The notes beneath the pieces were generated by a model that saw only the letters and a list, made by a program, of their open reading frames with translations, searched no databases and had not been told where the DNA came from. Below are positions 30,946 to 53,475 of a stretch of 64,000 bases of DNA, piece after piece (position 1 is the stretch's first letter; every line of letters begins with the position of its first letter). The translations under genes and the position numbers were made by a program. Source of the DNA: the human T2T-CHM13v2.0 reference genome, Homo sapiens; the NCBI RefSeq assembly GCF_009914755.1, contig NC_060933.1. The stretch is one strand, 5' to 3'.

Positions 30946-31839
30946 TAATAATGAGAGATGCCTGCTAAAGGCCAGAGTAGGAATTGACTAACCCAGCTTC
31001 TCCTTGCCCCTCTTCTCACTTATTGTCCCTCCCAAACCCTTTCCCAATTCTGTCATAGATAACTCCTCTGCAAAACCTTGGGATTTGATGGAGCAAACTC
31101 TGAAAACCTTTGCGCGTAGCATCATGGCCAGTCTACCATTTCTGCTAAAATACTGGAACTCGTTGTCTGTATCTTCACTGTTGGGTTATATCGCTATTGG
31201 GGATTATCCTCTGTGCTCACCGGACACATCCCTAGAGCCAGAGGCTCCTAGACTCCTATCCCACATTCCTCTTCCTTTCCACCTGCTCCTGCTCCTGCAT
31301 GTATGCAACTTAATTATTTCTCCTGGTGTTTCCTCTGCATTTAGGCTATAGCCATGGATAACTTTCTTAACTGTTTTGGATGTCTGAGCAAATCTATTTT
31401 ATTCTAAAATATATCAAAGCAAAGAAAAACAGATTTTCTGGTTCAAAATGTCAATACTGTTTTACAGTTGGCCCCCTCTTAACTTGGCAGTCTGTTGGAA
31501 AGAAAAAAAAAAAAATGGAAATGTTCTTTCCTGGGCTTTCATCATTCTGATAGTGACCTGAATGAACTTATTCTCCAGGGGCTTGAGAAGCCTGGCGTCA
31601 CCATTAGGCATACTCAAAACCAACATGTATCATTACCTTAGGCTTCAGGAAAATCATGGGCTTGAAAGCCCAGTTCAGGGCATTCCAAGTGAAAGCAATA
31701 GACAGAAAAAGAGTATTCTCAATTTCTAATTGCCTTTATTTTTACATATACTACAAGCTCAATGCAATTTTTTTCAAACTATAGTATATATACAACATAA
31801 ATAATAGTTTCTATTCCCTAGAATACCTTATTTCCCCTC

Positions 31840-32050
31840 TTCACTCAATGTTTCTTGTTGGTGTTTGGGAAAGCACAGTTTTTGCCATGTGTGGATCATC
31901 CTGTACATTAAAAGACATTCAGCATCACTGGCCTCCACTCACTAAAGGCCAATAATGCCACTCTCCAATCATTTTGTGGCAACCAAAAATGCCCCTATAT
32001 ATTGTAAACACCTGCTAGGAGTATAGAACCATCTCTGATTGAAAACCAAC
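31840..32050. mobile_element. MER20-like hAT-Charlie MITE
   Basis: TCCTGTACATTAAAAGACATTCAGCATCACTGGCCTCCACTCACTA..GTGGCAACCAAAAATG..GATTGAAAACCA. Confidence 0.65.
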
Positions 32051-32829
32051 CCCTATTCATCACCTAGTCCATTATTCCTTTCCTGCTTTTCCCTAGACCA
32101 GGCCAGTACCCCTTGTCATGTTCCCATAACACCTTTGCATTCCTTTGGCACTGTCCTTAATAAAGGTTATTAGCAATATCCATTTATGCATCTGTTCCCA
32201 TTGCTCTCCACCCCATCTGTGAATATTTTGATGGCAAGAATAATATCTGAGCCTTTGTATCCTACTAAATGCTCGATGTTCAGCAAATAAAATGAATAAA
32301 ACAAAGATATATACAGAGAGTCTAGTCTATGCTAAAGAAAAAAGGGGGATTATTTTTGAATTGTGCAAAACCTTGGAGCTTCCATCATTTCAACTCCCTG
32401 AAACTATCCCCAAATTGGTAATTTTGGAAAATCTTTGTGGAGGCATTATTCTTTCTTGGAAGAACTCATATTATTAGTTTCTAACTGCTATTGAACCTCT
32501 TTACTATCATCATTAATAAGAAAAAATCTGATTCTACCACCAATCACAAATCCATTCCAAATAATTAAACTAGCCCTATGAAGATTTTGGTACAGTTTTA
32601 AAACCTCTGTGTGTAAAGGATTTTTTTTCTATTTATTACCCTTATGTAAAAGCATGAGGATGCAGTAGGTTAGCATAGTCAAACTGGTTGCAAAAAATGA
32701 AATAAAAACCCATATTTTACCTTAAGGGAATTTCAGATACCAACACCAGATAAAAGGAGTATAACAGTACATTACAAGGCTTCATCAGGGTACGTGAATT
32801 GTAAGAGACACACCTAAAACATAAAGACC

Positions 32830-33070
32830 CAGAAAAGCACCCACGGATCCCTTATTGTGTGAAGTTTCTACATGCTTCAATTTCTTAAACTTTCGCTATT
32901 TAATCCCCAAGAAGTGATACTATTATTGTCTCAATTTAACAGGTCAGGAAAGTAAGGTTCCCAGAGATTAAGTAATCTCCCCAGAATCACAAAACACGTA
33001 AGTGGTAGAGTCGAGATTCAAGCTCAGATCTGTCTGACACATCCACGCTCTAAAACACCATGCTCAGTCT
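32830..33070 (-). mobile_element. MIR SINE
   Basis: AGAGATTAAGTAATCTCCCCAGAATCAC..GTAAGTGGTAGAGTCGAGATTCAAGCTCAGATCTGTCTGAC. Confidence 0.75.
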
Positions 33071-33129
33071 TCATGTGTTACTGCTCCCACATCATGGCCA
33101 TTTTCCTAAGGGGAAAAGGTTTATGGGTT

Positions 33130-33340
33130 TTTTGATACCTACAATGTACAGGTGATATGGTTTACAGTAAGAGTTTAGTTAATCCTTATAATAAACATTC
33201 CTGTGTTTTCAGATAAGAAAACTGAGATTCCAAGGTTAAGTCATCTGCCAAATGTCATCTTTCTCTGAGGTCACACAACTAGGGAAGACTCAAACTGGGG
33301 TTTTACAAAAGTAAGACCCACTATTCCATAGTGCTGCCTA
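33130..33340 (-). mobile_element. MIR SINE
   Basis: TTTTCAGATAAGAAAACTGAGATTCCAAGGTTAAGTCATCTGCC. Confidence 0.6.
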
Positions 33341-34705
33341 TATAATTTTTTAAAATAAAAAAAAATTGGAAGAGACTTTTTCTAAAACATATAGAAATAC
33401 TGGCTCAGGCAGCATTTACAAGATACAAAAACTTTAATTAAAATAGCCAATCCCATTAGGGCGATCACTTAGACTGGTAATAAAACCAAACGATAAAAAT
33501 ATTTCCAAAGAAAAAGAGAGAGGGAGACTTCCTCTAAATTTATTTATTTATTTATTTTACAGAATTAAGAAATAATCTAGAAGGGTTTTTTTGACCAATA
33601 TTCCTCATCTTCAAACAAATTCTGGTCCATTGGCCAATACTCAGGAAAAATTGCACGATTAATAATTATATTGAATTATGCAAATAGAGCTATAGTTCTC
33701 ATCTGACTGCATTTTGTGCTTTATAACAGTCTTTTCTAATCAGTAAAGATTAGTGACAATATGTTTTGTATAAGTAATTATAAAACTGCCATGGTATTTA
33801 GTACACTTCATTATATTTTTGAGCATCAGACTCTCAGGTTATTAAATTAGACATGCTACCACTGGGAAATCTGGCAATTTTTCCTAATTAACAATGACAA
33901 AGGGAGATAAAAGGAAATATTGTTTCATGGTTCAAATGTACTTAGAAGGTAGGATCTTCTAAGAGCCGCTACTTTCAGCAATACTTGTGAAACACATACA
34001 CACATCAGGCTCCACTTTCACTAAATAGCATAAAGGAGGCACTCAATAAAAAAGCAGTATTAGATGAAATCTCTCTTTTTCCCCTATTTGTGCTTTGGAT
34101 GCTATTTCAACACAAGTAGAATCAAAATGATCATTTAAGGAAATATTACAAGTTATATGTGGTCACCAATGAAATCAATATGGCCTCTCAAATAACAGTT
34201 CCAATGGAACGAATTATGCATAATTTTTACCTTCACAACTCAATGATGCTTGAAATGAAATCCCTTTATACCCTTTATGCATGTATGTCTTAGTAGTTAA
34301 TGACTTGAAAAGGGGGGTTTTATCAGTGAGATTTCTGCTACTGCACGTCCACCTCAACTTAAGGGGTCAAGAGGTGCTGAATAAATGTATTTAGGTTCTC
34401 AAAGCACATTGTTTCTTAGCCTACAGAAAAATGCTACCTACTGGGTCCTCATGCTCTTACACAGGGGTAATAAATGGAAAAAAGAATACAATTCTTTATA
34501 CACAGAGGTTTTAAAACAGTATCAGAATCTTCATAAGTCTCAAAATTATAGTTTCAAAGAGAAAATTAGAGAAAAAATCTCTTAATTTCCCATCTCCCTC
34601 TCCTTTCCAATATAGAATGCTTTTCCTGGGATATTACCAAAGTCAATATGGGCAGGATTATATACAAGGAAGTATTTACACTAAGTCATGAAAATTAAGT
34701 CATGG

Positions 34706-34764
34706 ATACACACACACACACATATATATATACACACACACACACATATATACACACACACACA
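34706..34764. repeat. Alternating (CA)n/(TA)n compound microsatellite
   Basis: Three CA runs separated by two TA runs. Confidence 0.95.
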
Positions 34765-34794
34765 AATATACATAGTTACATACTTTTTCTAGAA

Positions 34795-35010
34795 TAATAA
34801 TGATGGCTAACAATTACCATAGTGCTATGTGCTAGAAACTGTTCTAAATGCTTTTCTGCTAACTCATATAGTCCTCATCAGGTAGGTACTAATACGATCC
34901 TCGTTTTACAAATAAGAAAATGGAGGCAAAGAGACTTTCCCAAAGACGTAAGTGCTGGAGTCAGGATATAAACGCAGGCACTCTGGTCCCAGGGTCTGCA
35001 CACTTAAAGG
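34795..35010 (-). mobile_element. MIR SINE
   Basis: GCTATGTGCTAGAAACTGTTCTAAATGCTTT..GGTAGGTACTA..TTTTACAAATAAGAAAATGGAGGC. Confidence 0.8.
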
Positions 35011-35059
35011 CAAGAGCTGCTTAGCATAGCCCAGACGACACTGCATGTGCTAATACCTG

Positions 35060-35470
35060 CTACTCTCCAACTTCTTCAATATGCTCATCTTTGCTCTTCA
35101 CTCCTAATCACACTGACTTCTTTTAGTCTACGCTATTCCCTGTGCCAGTTGCAGGGCCTTTGAACACACTGTGCACTCTATCTGGATCACTCTGTTTGCT
35201 CCTATTCAATTTCAGCTTCTTTGTCACTTTCCCGGAAGCAGCCTTCCCTGACCTCCCTAATTACCTGCTGCCATTATTAGAGCTTCTAGCAGCACCATCA
35301 GCACCATGCAGTCCTCCTTCAAAGAATATGATTATACTTGTCTGTATAACCATGTGATTGACATCACTTTCCCCCACTAAACAATCAGCTCTATGATGGT
35401 AGGAACTGGGTCCACTTCTTTTCAACCCGTGTTTCTGCCAATGCCCCATACATAGTATGTATTGAATGAC
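35060..35470 (+). mobile_element. L2 LINE 3' end
   Basis: CACACTGACTTCTTT..CAGGGCCTTTGAACAC..GTCACTTTCCCGGAAGCAGCCTTCCCTGACC..CCCCACTAAA..ATTGAATGA. Confidence 0.7.
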
Positions 35471-35639
35471 TGTAAGGGGAAATAATAAATAGACTGCTAT
35501 CATAGCCTCTGAGCAGGTATATCTTTCAGATGTGCTTTTCTGAGTTTGAAAAATGAAAATTGCCCATGCATAAAAGAGAACTAAAAGGAGAGGGGATATA
35601 TCAGAGAGTAGAGGTTAGAGAAGGATAGACCATGGGCCT

Positions 35640-36130
35640 CATTCATCTGTTTAGCTAAAAATCACTAAGCGCCTTCCTGTTAAGTATCGAGTAACAGAGA
35701 TGTGATGATAAGGACAGTTCTAGAAGGGAATAATATGTGATGAGTAACTAAACAATTGCAATATAATTTAAGGGCAACATATAGAGGGAAGAAGATGGAG
35801 CATCAACTCAACATGGGCTACAGTTAGGAATGTTTCCAGTGGCAAAGAGATCTCTAGCTAGGTCTAGGAGGAGGCAAATGCATTTTTCAGGCTGGCTGGA
35901 AAGAATTAGATAAAATCTTATGTTCAAAGTTATAGACACATGGGAGAACTCAGTGTTCAAGTGACCACAAAGGGTTTGGAAATGCAATGTGTATGGTAAA
36001 GTTGGGAATGAGTGGGAAAGGAGATGGCTTAGCAGTGGCCATATCTGGGGGTAATTTTATACCATGCACAATAGTCCTGACTATGTGCATGATCAATGAA
36101 GAAAGTTTGAATAGTTAGTTATAAATGTAG
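35640..36130 (-). mobile_element. L2 LINE remnant
   Basis: TCATTCATCTG..TCACTAAGCGCCTTCCTGT start with purine-rich antisense L2 body. Confidence 0.45.
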
Positions 36131-36724
36131 GACACATTTAATATAAAATGGCACAGATTATTCTTCTATGCCTAAAATGTTTCTTATCTGAACTTTATGC
36201 ATTCTTCATGGCTTCTCCATCCTGACCATATTTGCCAAGGCTCTTTGTTCTCTCTACATTGGGGCCCTCTGGGTTTCTTTAACTTCCATGGCTTCAGGGA
36301 TCCCCTCCATTGAGCTGATTCTGCAGACATCATGTCTAACCCCGCACACTTTCTAAGTTTTATTCCCACAGTTTTTACTTTCATCTGGGCATTTTAACTT
36401 GGTTTTTGGCTCCCTTTGTCCCGACCATTCACGATTGGGGAAGCTCCCGATCGTGACTTCCCTGTATGTATTAATATAATTTAATTCATGATTAGGGCCT
36501 CAAACTCACACCTTCCTGTCTTGTTGGGCAAGTGAAAAAGTTATATTTACGTATATTAGAGGAACCTTGCTGGTAGCAATGTAGAAATTATATTTAGGTG
36601 GGAACTGGGGTGGGTACTAGAAAGGCCACTGCAGCCTTCCATCTATCTCCCCTTACCCTGACAGAGCTCTTCAAATATTTAAAAAGAACTACACTCTGAG
36701 AGAGGACCTTAGGTCCTGAACGTG

Positions 36725-36900
36725 GGTAAGGCTTCCATGTACAGCTGTGTAGGTTTTACTGTACACATAGGGTCCCACCAAGGGGTTTACCAGGAGCTGA
36801 AACCCAAGCCATGCTCTTGTTTATCAAATCTTTTGTATCTGTACAGAGGGAAGTTTGTTTTTCTACCTCAATAATACCAGTCCTATATTTAGAAGTCTAA
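36725..36900. mobile_element. MER91-like hAT-Tip100 MITE (degenerate)
   Basis: ACAGCTGTGTAGGTTTTACTGTACAC..GGAGCTGAAACCCAAGCC..AGAGGGAAG..TTTTTCTA resembles MER91. Confidence 0.4.
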
Positions 36901-37529
36901 CAAAGCAAACAAAGTTTAAGATAACTCTGGAAACACACAACAGAGACGCAGGAGGAAAAACAGGGAACATCACTTCACTCAGACAACTGAAGTTGCCTGT
37001 ATCTTTGGCAATTGGAGGAGAAGTCTCAGCTGATTGGCTGCTCCATATCCACATCCAAGTGAAGCTTGACAACCAACACACCCTGCCCTCTTACACAGAG
37101 CCTAAAACCAGGCTTCTTCTCATTGAAGAGTAAAATGTGTTAGGGAAGCAGATACAAATGCAATGCTAGTGGAAACTCAGGCCAGTTTATAGAATTAATC
37201 ACCGTACAATTGCATAAGAAACTTCTGCCAACCCTATACACTAATCAATCTAGTCTTTAAAATAATCTGCTAAGGATAATTTCTTCAAGGAAAACCAATG
37301 ACATGAAAGAGAATAACTAAGAGAAATGATCAGACATTGACATCAGAAAAAATAGAAATAATTTACTAAACAAGAAAGATTATTTTAGAAGTTTTGATAT
37401 CCACGGAGAGATTTAAATTGATATTGCATCAAATGTAAGATCAAATGTTTGAATCTAGTTGGTGGGTATAGGGTTCACTATACCTGCCTTTCAACATTTT
37501 TCTGTGTTCAAATATTTTTTAAAAGTTAG

Positions 37530-39445
<1,916 letters not shown>

Positions 39446-41700
39446 TAACAGACAAAAGGATATTACTTCTATAAAAACAAAGACAAGGATAAGCTATTAT
39501 AACTGAGGATGAAAAACAAACAAATAAAACTGAAATCAAATGGTGTGATTATTACAATGAAAAGGTCTGAAAACCAAATGGGTGAAAGGGCCAGCAAATG
39601 CTGATGAAGATAAATTTTAAAACAACAATAACAAAAGATTCAGATTCATTATGAGGTTTCAGAATACCAAGTATAGAAACGAAGGAAAACCACTAAAGAG
39701 AAAAAAAGATTACCTATAAAAATGATATCAAACCAGGGACAAACCTCTCAACACAACACTAAACACTAGGAAACTATGGAGAAACACATTCAAATGTCTG
39801 AGGGAAAATCATCTCGAAGTCAGAAGCACAAATAGAAATTAATTTCAGGACAAAATAAAGACAGCATGGATCATGCAAGATTCAAAGAATTTACCTCCTA
39901 CATACCCAGTACAAGACACAATGACAGTAAGAATGATTTGGAAGTAGAAAGAAGGATCAAAAGAAATTAACGAGAAACAAGGAGCCCTTGACATTGGGAC
40001 ATTCTCCCTTGATTAGTGATGTGAAATTACATCACTTTAAAGATGTGAAATTACATCTTTTTAAATTTTTTTTAATTTTTATTTTTATAAATCCTAAGCA
40101 GTACTTGGTTCTGTTTTCAGTACAAGTTTAGATCATCATAACACTAAGCTATGTTATTGAACTTAGAGACAAAGCAAAGGATACTAACAGCTATGGACCA
40201 AGGTGTAAATGATTAAAACATCAAAAACATGAACAAAATATGTGCTTAAGAAAATCAATAGATGAAAGAAATAAGGTGAAAGTTAAAATGCTCTCACTTC
40301 TCATTCTTCCATAGCTAGAGCCAATACTTTGAACCCAAACTGCATAACAAAGAAAAGTATATCATTTGAAGTTGTAAACTTTTAAAGGTGGCTAAACATC
40401 AGGCATTGGATTTCGGCAAAGGTGAAAGTGAAGTTTTTAAGATGGTAGAGCCTTACACATAGTCCACTTAAAAAATTCCTATTTAAAATGGACATATTGT
40501 AAAATTATCTTACATAAGATGGCAATAAATCTTCCTTTTAAAATATTTTCTCTTTTCATACTTTTTTTTTAATCCCAGGAAGCCTCAATACAGTAGCAGG
40601 TGTATTTTACATAAATGACCAAAATGTAACAATATAAGTATGCCTCACATCTTGATCTCCATCTGTTTCCTTGTTAGAAAATTAAACAGTCTTACAGCAG
40701 ATAATCCTTTCACAAATTATTCTTTCAGATGGCCTCGGTGTGTGGCATATTCATTTGAGCCTTACATCTCTTAAAGTTAGAATGACCTCTTCGGGCTCCG
40801 CTCTTGGGACATCACTGTTTTTCCAACACAAACTCCGTCTTTATGTTGTGCCAGCTGACTATGAAATTCACTAGACTACAGAGAAGTCTGGCCTTCATGA
40901 GGAGTTCAGGAGTTAACTGCTACTGAAAAAGAAAGTCTGTGGGAGGAAAAGTCTGTCATGGTTTATGATATGATTTATTGCAATTACAGAAAACTACCCT
41001 GATTGTTCAAATTGCGGTCTGTGGGCCTCAGCCAGATTAAATGCCAGGCTGTGACTAGCACAGGGGAGGTAATCAAATAATTGCCTTTGCTAAATAACAC
41101 TGTTCTTAATTCACACAGAAAACTTTTAAAAATGTAAATTGATACGACATGACTGAGAGAAACAAAACACCAGGATTTTAAAAATTAGATTATGCAACAC
41201 AAATGCATCTAGTGTTAGCTGACCAAAACTTATGTTTAAGGCAATTTTTCTTCAAAGATATTTGAAGTCTAGTTGTTATATAGAGCCAGTGAGGTCACGT
41301 AACCCGAGATCTAGTTGGTACAAACTCTAACATCTGCCATTTGCAAAGCCAAGGAAAGCTCGTCATTCAAGAAATGTGAGGGAAAGAGAAAAATTGCAAA
41401 AGTCAGACTTGGAAAGAAAAAGAGGAAGAAGTAAAATAGAGGCATCATACATGTTCCAATGAGCTATCATCCACTCAGAAGATAGTCTGCCTGCACTAAA
41501 GGGGATAGGATAGCATATTGGAAAGTCTGTCAACTACCAACAATTTGTTCTAGTCAAAATTAAAAAAAAATTGTGGTCACCTGTACTATCAGTGATAGAT
41601 GTGATGATCTGAGTCCTCAGTGGTTAAACAAGGACATGCTTTTTTAGTCCAAAAGAAAACTGAGCAAAGGATAATAAGGATAAGAATAGTTAATAGAGGT

Positions 41701-41980
41701 GCTGGGCACAGTGGCTCAGCCCTGTAATCCCAGCACTTTGGGAGGCCAAGGCTCACTTACACTCAGAAGTTCAAGACTACCCTGGGCAACAGGGTGAAAC
41801 CCTGTCTCTACTAAAATACAAAAAAAAATAGCCAGGTATGGTGGCAGGTGCCTGTAGTCCCAGCTGCTCGGAGACTGGGAGGCAGAGGTTGCAGTGAGCC
41901 GAGATTACACCATTGCCCTACACCCTAAGCAACAGAGCAAGACTCTGTCTCAAAACAACAACAGTAAAACAAAAACAAAA
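41701..41980 (+). mobile_element. AluJ-like element with two internal deletions
   Basis: GCTGGGCACAGTGGCTCA..GGAGGCCAAGG|CTCACTT and GCTCGGAGA|CTGGGAGGCAGAGG. Confidence 0.88.
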
Positions 41981-43529
41981 TACAGTATGCTGGCTATGTG
42001 CATTATCTTCCAAAACCCATTATCATCCCTGGCACATCCAGATGCAGGCATTTCCAAACAACTACTAAAGGGTATACCTTAATTATAGCTCACAATGAGG
42101 TAATCAGAATCATAAGAAGCTTTATTGCATCCTCCCAAGAAGCATGAACTTGAACTTTGTTCTAAAGTTTAGAGATGGGCTAAATTTCAATTTTGCCTAT
42201 GCTGATTTTAAAATCTCCTGAGGAAAACAGAATGGACAGAGAGAGATACCACAAATAATCCACTAATGAGTCACCAGAGACACACACAGATTCTATTAAC
42301 ACAAGGAAAAAATGAAAATATATACACATAATTTAAGCACTTTAGCACACAAATCAGTCGAGGGAACGAGCAAGTATGAGATATAGATTGACCTGGATTA
42401 AGGTTAACTAACTCCAAAAATTGTGTGATTAGACATTAGAAAAAACTAGAAAGACATGTGAAATGTCAGAAGAAAGAGTAGACAGGCAGATGTCCTCATC
42501 TATTTCAGGACGTTGGCCATGGAGTGGGGCTTGATGGTATCAGAGGTATTTGCCTGAAAAGGCTTGTGGCTATCAGATCCGCTCTGAGAAGCAAGAACCT
42601 AGGTAAGTCACGAAGCTGAGGGCAAATACCAGGCACAAGAACAACGCAGGGACAGGAACCAAAAGGAACCAAAATCGGAATCAACACTTTCCAAATATAG
42701 GAACATAAATAAAGAAAAAATAAAAAACCAAGAGAAAGAAAGTTACAACAGAAGCAAGGGAGGGGGAAGAAAATAACTACTTTCAACACTGGTGCTGGCT
42801 GTGAGCAGTTTTAGAGGACTGGACTTGTCATTCTCACGGCTAGGCATTTCACTTGGCATCTGTTCGGTTTGTTTTTGTGTTCTCCTTCTCCGTAAACTCA
42901 ACATTCAGTAGAGACAAGAACTCTGACAACACAAAAAAAGGCCCAAGTCTTTGGGGTGAAAACCTGAGCTTGGTATCTTTTCTCAGACATGCATCCTGTT
43001 CAGAAAAAGCTTGGTGATTATTTCTTCATCTTTCTGTAATACAGCAATATTTATTTGTCTCTAAAGACATTTGTTTCTGTCCTTCTGTGTACTGGTTTCT
43101 GTGTCATTGCTATTCTTTCACTCCTGAAATACTGTCAGATAGTTTACTAATACTGTTAGTTGTTTTAAAAATGCTATCACTAGGGAGTAACCAAGAGTAA
43201 ATATTGAGATTCTTTGTAAAAGAAGAAACAAAATAGAAAATCTTCCCATATTAAAGTAATTTAACATGTCTACTTTATGCCAATAATAAGCAGAATATAT
43301 TATTATGTTAATAAGAGAAATGCATGTGCTTAGCTATCGGGATATATTGATGAGTAAGCCACAGGACCTGAGTTTAGGATATGTAAACAGCCACAACAGA
43401 ACATCACTTTAACCCTAATATGAAATATAGGGTTGAAGAGTTCAGGGTACAAGACAACCAAATGAAATGAATTCAAAAAGTGACAGAGCCCTCTGAGGAG
43501 AGGTAAGAGACACAGATTGTTTTACTCTC

Positions 43530-45748
<2,219 letters not shown>

Positions 45749-45980
45749 TTCAATATTTCTTTTCTTTTTTTAAAAAATTATACTTTAACTTCTGGGATAC
45801 ATATGCAGAACGTGCAGGTTTGTTGCACAGGTATACACATACCATGGTGGCTTGCTGCATTCATCCACCCGTCATCTACATTAGGTATTTCTCCTAATGC
45901 TATCCCTTCCCTAGCCCCTCACCCACTGAGAGGCCCTACTGTGTGATATTCCCCTCCCTGTGTCCATGTGTTCTCATTGT

Positions 45981-49762
<3,782 letters not shown>

Positions 49763-49825
49763 TATGATGCTAGCTAGTTATTTTGCCCATTCATTGGTGC
49801 AGTTTCTTCATAATGTTGACGGACT

Positions 49826-50841
49826 TTACAATTTGGTATGTTTTTGCAGTGGCTGGTATCAGTTTTTCCTTTCCATATTTAGTGCTTCCCTCAGGAGCTC
49901 TTGTAAGGCAGGCCTGGTGGTGACAAAATCTCTCAGCATTTGCTTTTCTGTAAAGGATTTTATTTCTCCTTCACTTAGTTTGGCTGGATATGAAATTCCG
50001 GATTGAAAATTATTTTCTTTAAGAATGTTGAATATTGGCCCCCACTCTCTTCTAGCTTGTAGGGTTTCTGCAGAGAGATCTGCTGTTAGTCTGATGGGCT
50101 TCCCTTTGTGGGTAACCTGACCTTTCTCTCTTGCTGCCCTTAACATTTTTTCCTTCATTTCAACCTTCGTGAATCTGACGATTACGTGTCTTGGGGTTGC
50201 CCTTCTCGAGGAGTATCTTCGTGGTGTTCTCTGTATTTCCTGAATTTGAATGTTGGCCTGTCTTGCTAGGTTGGGGAAGTTCTCCTGGATAATATCCTAA
50301 AGAGTATTTTCCAACTTGGTTCCATTCTCCGCCTCACTTTCAGGTAGACCAATCAAATGTAGGTTTGGTCTTTTCACATAGTCCCATTTTTCTTGGAGGC
50401 TTTCTTCATTCCTTTTCATTCTTTTTTCTCAAATCTTGTCTTCACGGTTCATTTCATTAAGTTGATCTTCAATCTCTGATATCCTTTCTTCCACTTGATT
50501 GATTCAGCTATTGATACTTGTGTATGCTTCACAAAGTTCTTGTGCTATGTTTTTCAGCTCCATCAGGTCATTTATGTTCTTCTCTAAACTGGTTATTCTA
50601 GTTAGCAATTCCTCTAGCCTTTTTTCAAGGTTCTTAGCTCCCTTGCATTGGGTTAGAACATGCTCCTTTAGCTCAGAGGAGTTTGTTATTACCCATCTTC
50701 TGAAGCCTACTTCTGTCAATTCATAAAACTCGTTCCCCATCCAGTTTTGTTCCCCTGCTGGCGAGAAGTTGTGATCCTTTGGAGGAGAACAGGCATTTTG
50801 GTTTTGGAATTTTCAGCCTTTTTGTGCTGGTTTTTCCTCAT
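49826..50841 (-). pseudogene. L1PA7 ORF1p remnant, fragmented
   Basis: ATGAGGAAAAACC start at 50841; peptides KEKMLRAAREKG, ARREWGPIF. Confidence 0.9.
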
Positions 50842-50899
50842 CTTCATGGATTTATCTAACTTTGGTCTTTGCTGTTGGTGACCTTCAGATGGGGTTTTT

Positions 50900-52104
<1,205 letters not shown>

Positions 52105-53271
52105 TAGAGTTTGCTGGAGGACCACTCCAGACCCTGTTTGCCTAGGTATCACCAGCGGAGGCTGCAGAACAGCAACGATTGCTGCCTGTTACTTCCTCTG
52201 GAAGCTTCGTCCCAGAGGGGCACCCACCAGAGGCTAGCTGGAGTTCACCTGTATGAGACCCTTGCTCTGTTGTCCCCTGCTGGGAAGTGTCTCCCAGTCA
52301 GGAGGCATGGGGGTCAGGGACCCACTTGAGGAGGCAGTCTTTCCCTTAGCAGAATTTGAGTGCTGTGCTGGGAGATTCGCTGCTCTCTTCAGAGTCAGCC
52401 TGCAGGAATGTTTAAGTCTGCTGAAGCTGGGCCTATAGTGCCCCTTCCCCCAGGTGCTCTGTCCCAGGGAGTTTTATCTATAAGCCCCTGATTGGGGTTA
52501 CTGCCTTTCTTTCAGAGATGCCCTGCCCAGAGAGGAGGAATCTAGAGAGGCAGTCTGGCTACAGCAGCTTTACCGAGCTGTGGCAGGCTCTGCCCAGTTC
52601 AAACTTCCCAGTGGCTTTGTTTAGACCGTGAGGGGAAAACTGCCTACTCAAGCCTCAGTAATGCCAGACATCCCCTCCCCACACCAAGCTTGAGCACCCC
52701 AAGTCTACTTCAGACTGCTGTGTTGCCAGTGAGAATTTCAAGCCAGTGGATCTTAGCTTGCTGGGCTCTGTCGGAATGGGATCTGCTGAGCTAGACCACT
52801 TAGCTCCCTGGCTTCGGCCCCCTTTCCAGGAAAGTGAACAGTTCTGTCTTTTTGGTGTTCCAGGTGCCACTGGGGTATGAAAAAAACTGCAGCTAGCTCA
52901 GTGTCTGCCCAAAGGGCAGCCCAGTTTTGTGCTTGAAACCCAGGGCCCTGGTGGCATAGGCACCTGAGGGAATCTCCTGGCCTGTGGGTTGCGAAGACCA
53001 TGGGAAAAGCGTAGTATCTGGGCCAGAATGCACCATCCCTCACTACAGGGTCCCTCACACTTCTCTTGGCTAGGGGAGGGAGTTCCCCAACCCTTTGAGC
53101 TTCCCAAGTGAGTTGATGCCCCACCCTGCTTTGGCTCACCCTCTGTAGGCCGCAGTCACTGTCTAACCAGTCCCAATGAGATGAGACAGGTACCTCAGTT
53201 GGAAATGCAGAAATTACCTGCCTTCTGTGTTGATCTCACTGGGAGCGGCAGACCAGAGCTGTTCCTATTCA

Positions 53272-53280
53272 GCCATCTTG
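53272..53280 (-). promoter_or_regulatory. YY1 site of the L1PA7 internal promoter
   Basis: CAAGATGGC on minus at the L1 5' end, the established L1 YY1 position. Confidence 0.7.
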
Positions 53281-53475
53281 CCAGCCACTTCAATATTTCT
53301 TTAAATGATAATTAACTCTCTCCCTGGCTAGAAAGGGCAACACCAGCCTAGTCATTGGAAAAAGGCAGACGAAGATAAACCAGACAAAAAGGGGGACTCT
53401 GTTACCTACTGTCAGTTGCCAATTAAGGGTAGCTCAACCATCAACCCATTTGTTCCCATTAATATCATAATTTAT

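Noticed and set aside
31004-31351. 115-aa ORF in non-repeat DNA
   Set aside because: Non-ATG start, pyrimidine-biased low-information peptide, no recognisable homology or splice context
52661-52693. L1 ORF0 equivalent in the L1PA7 5'UTR
   Set aside because: ATG is present but the frame stops after 10 codons (MPDIPSPHQA*)
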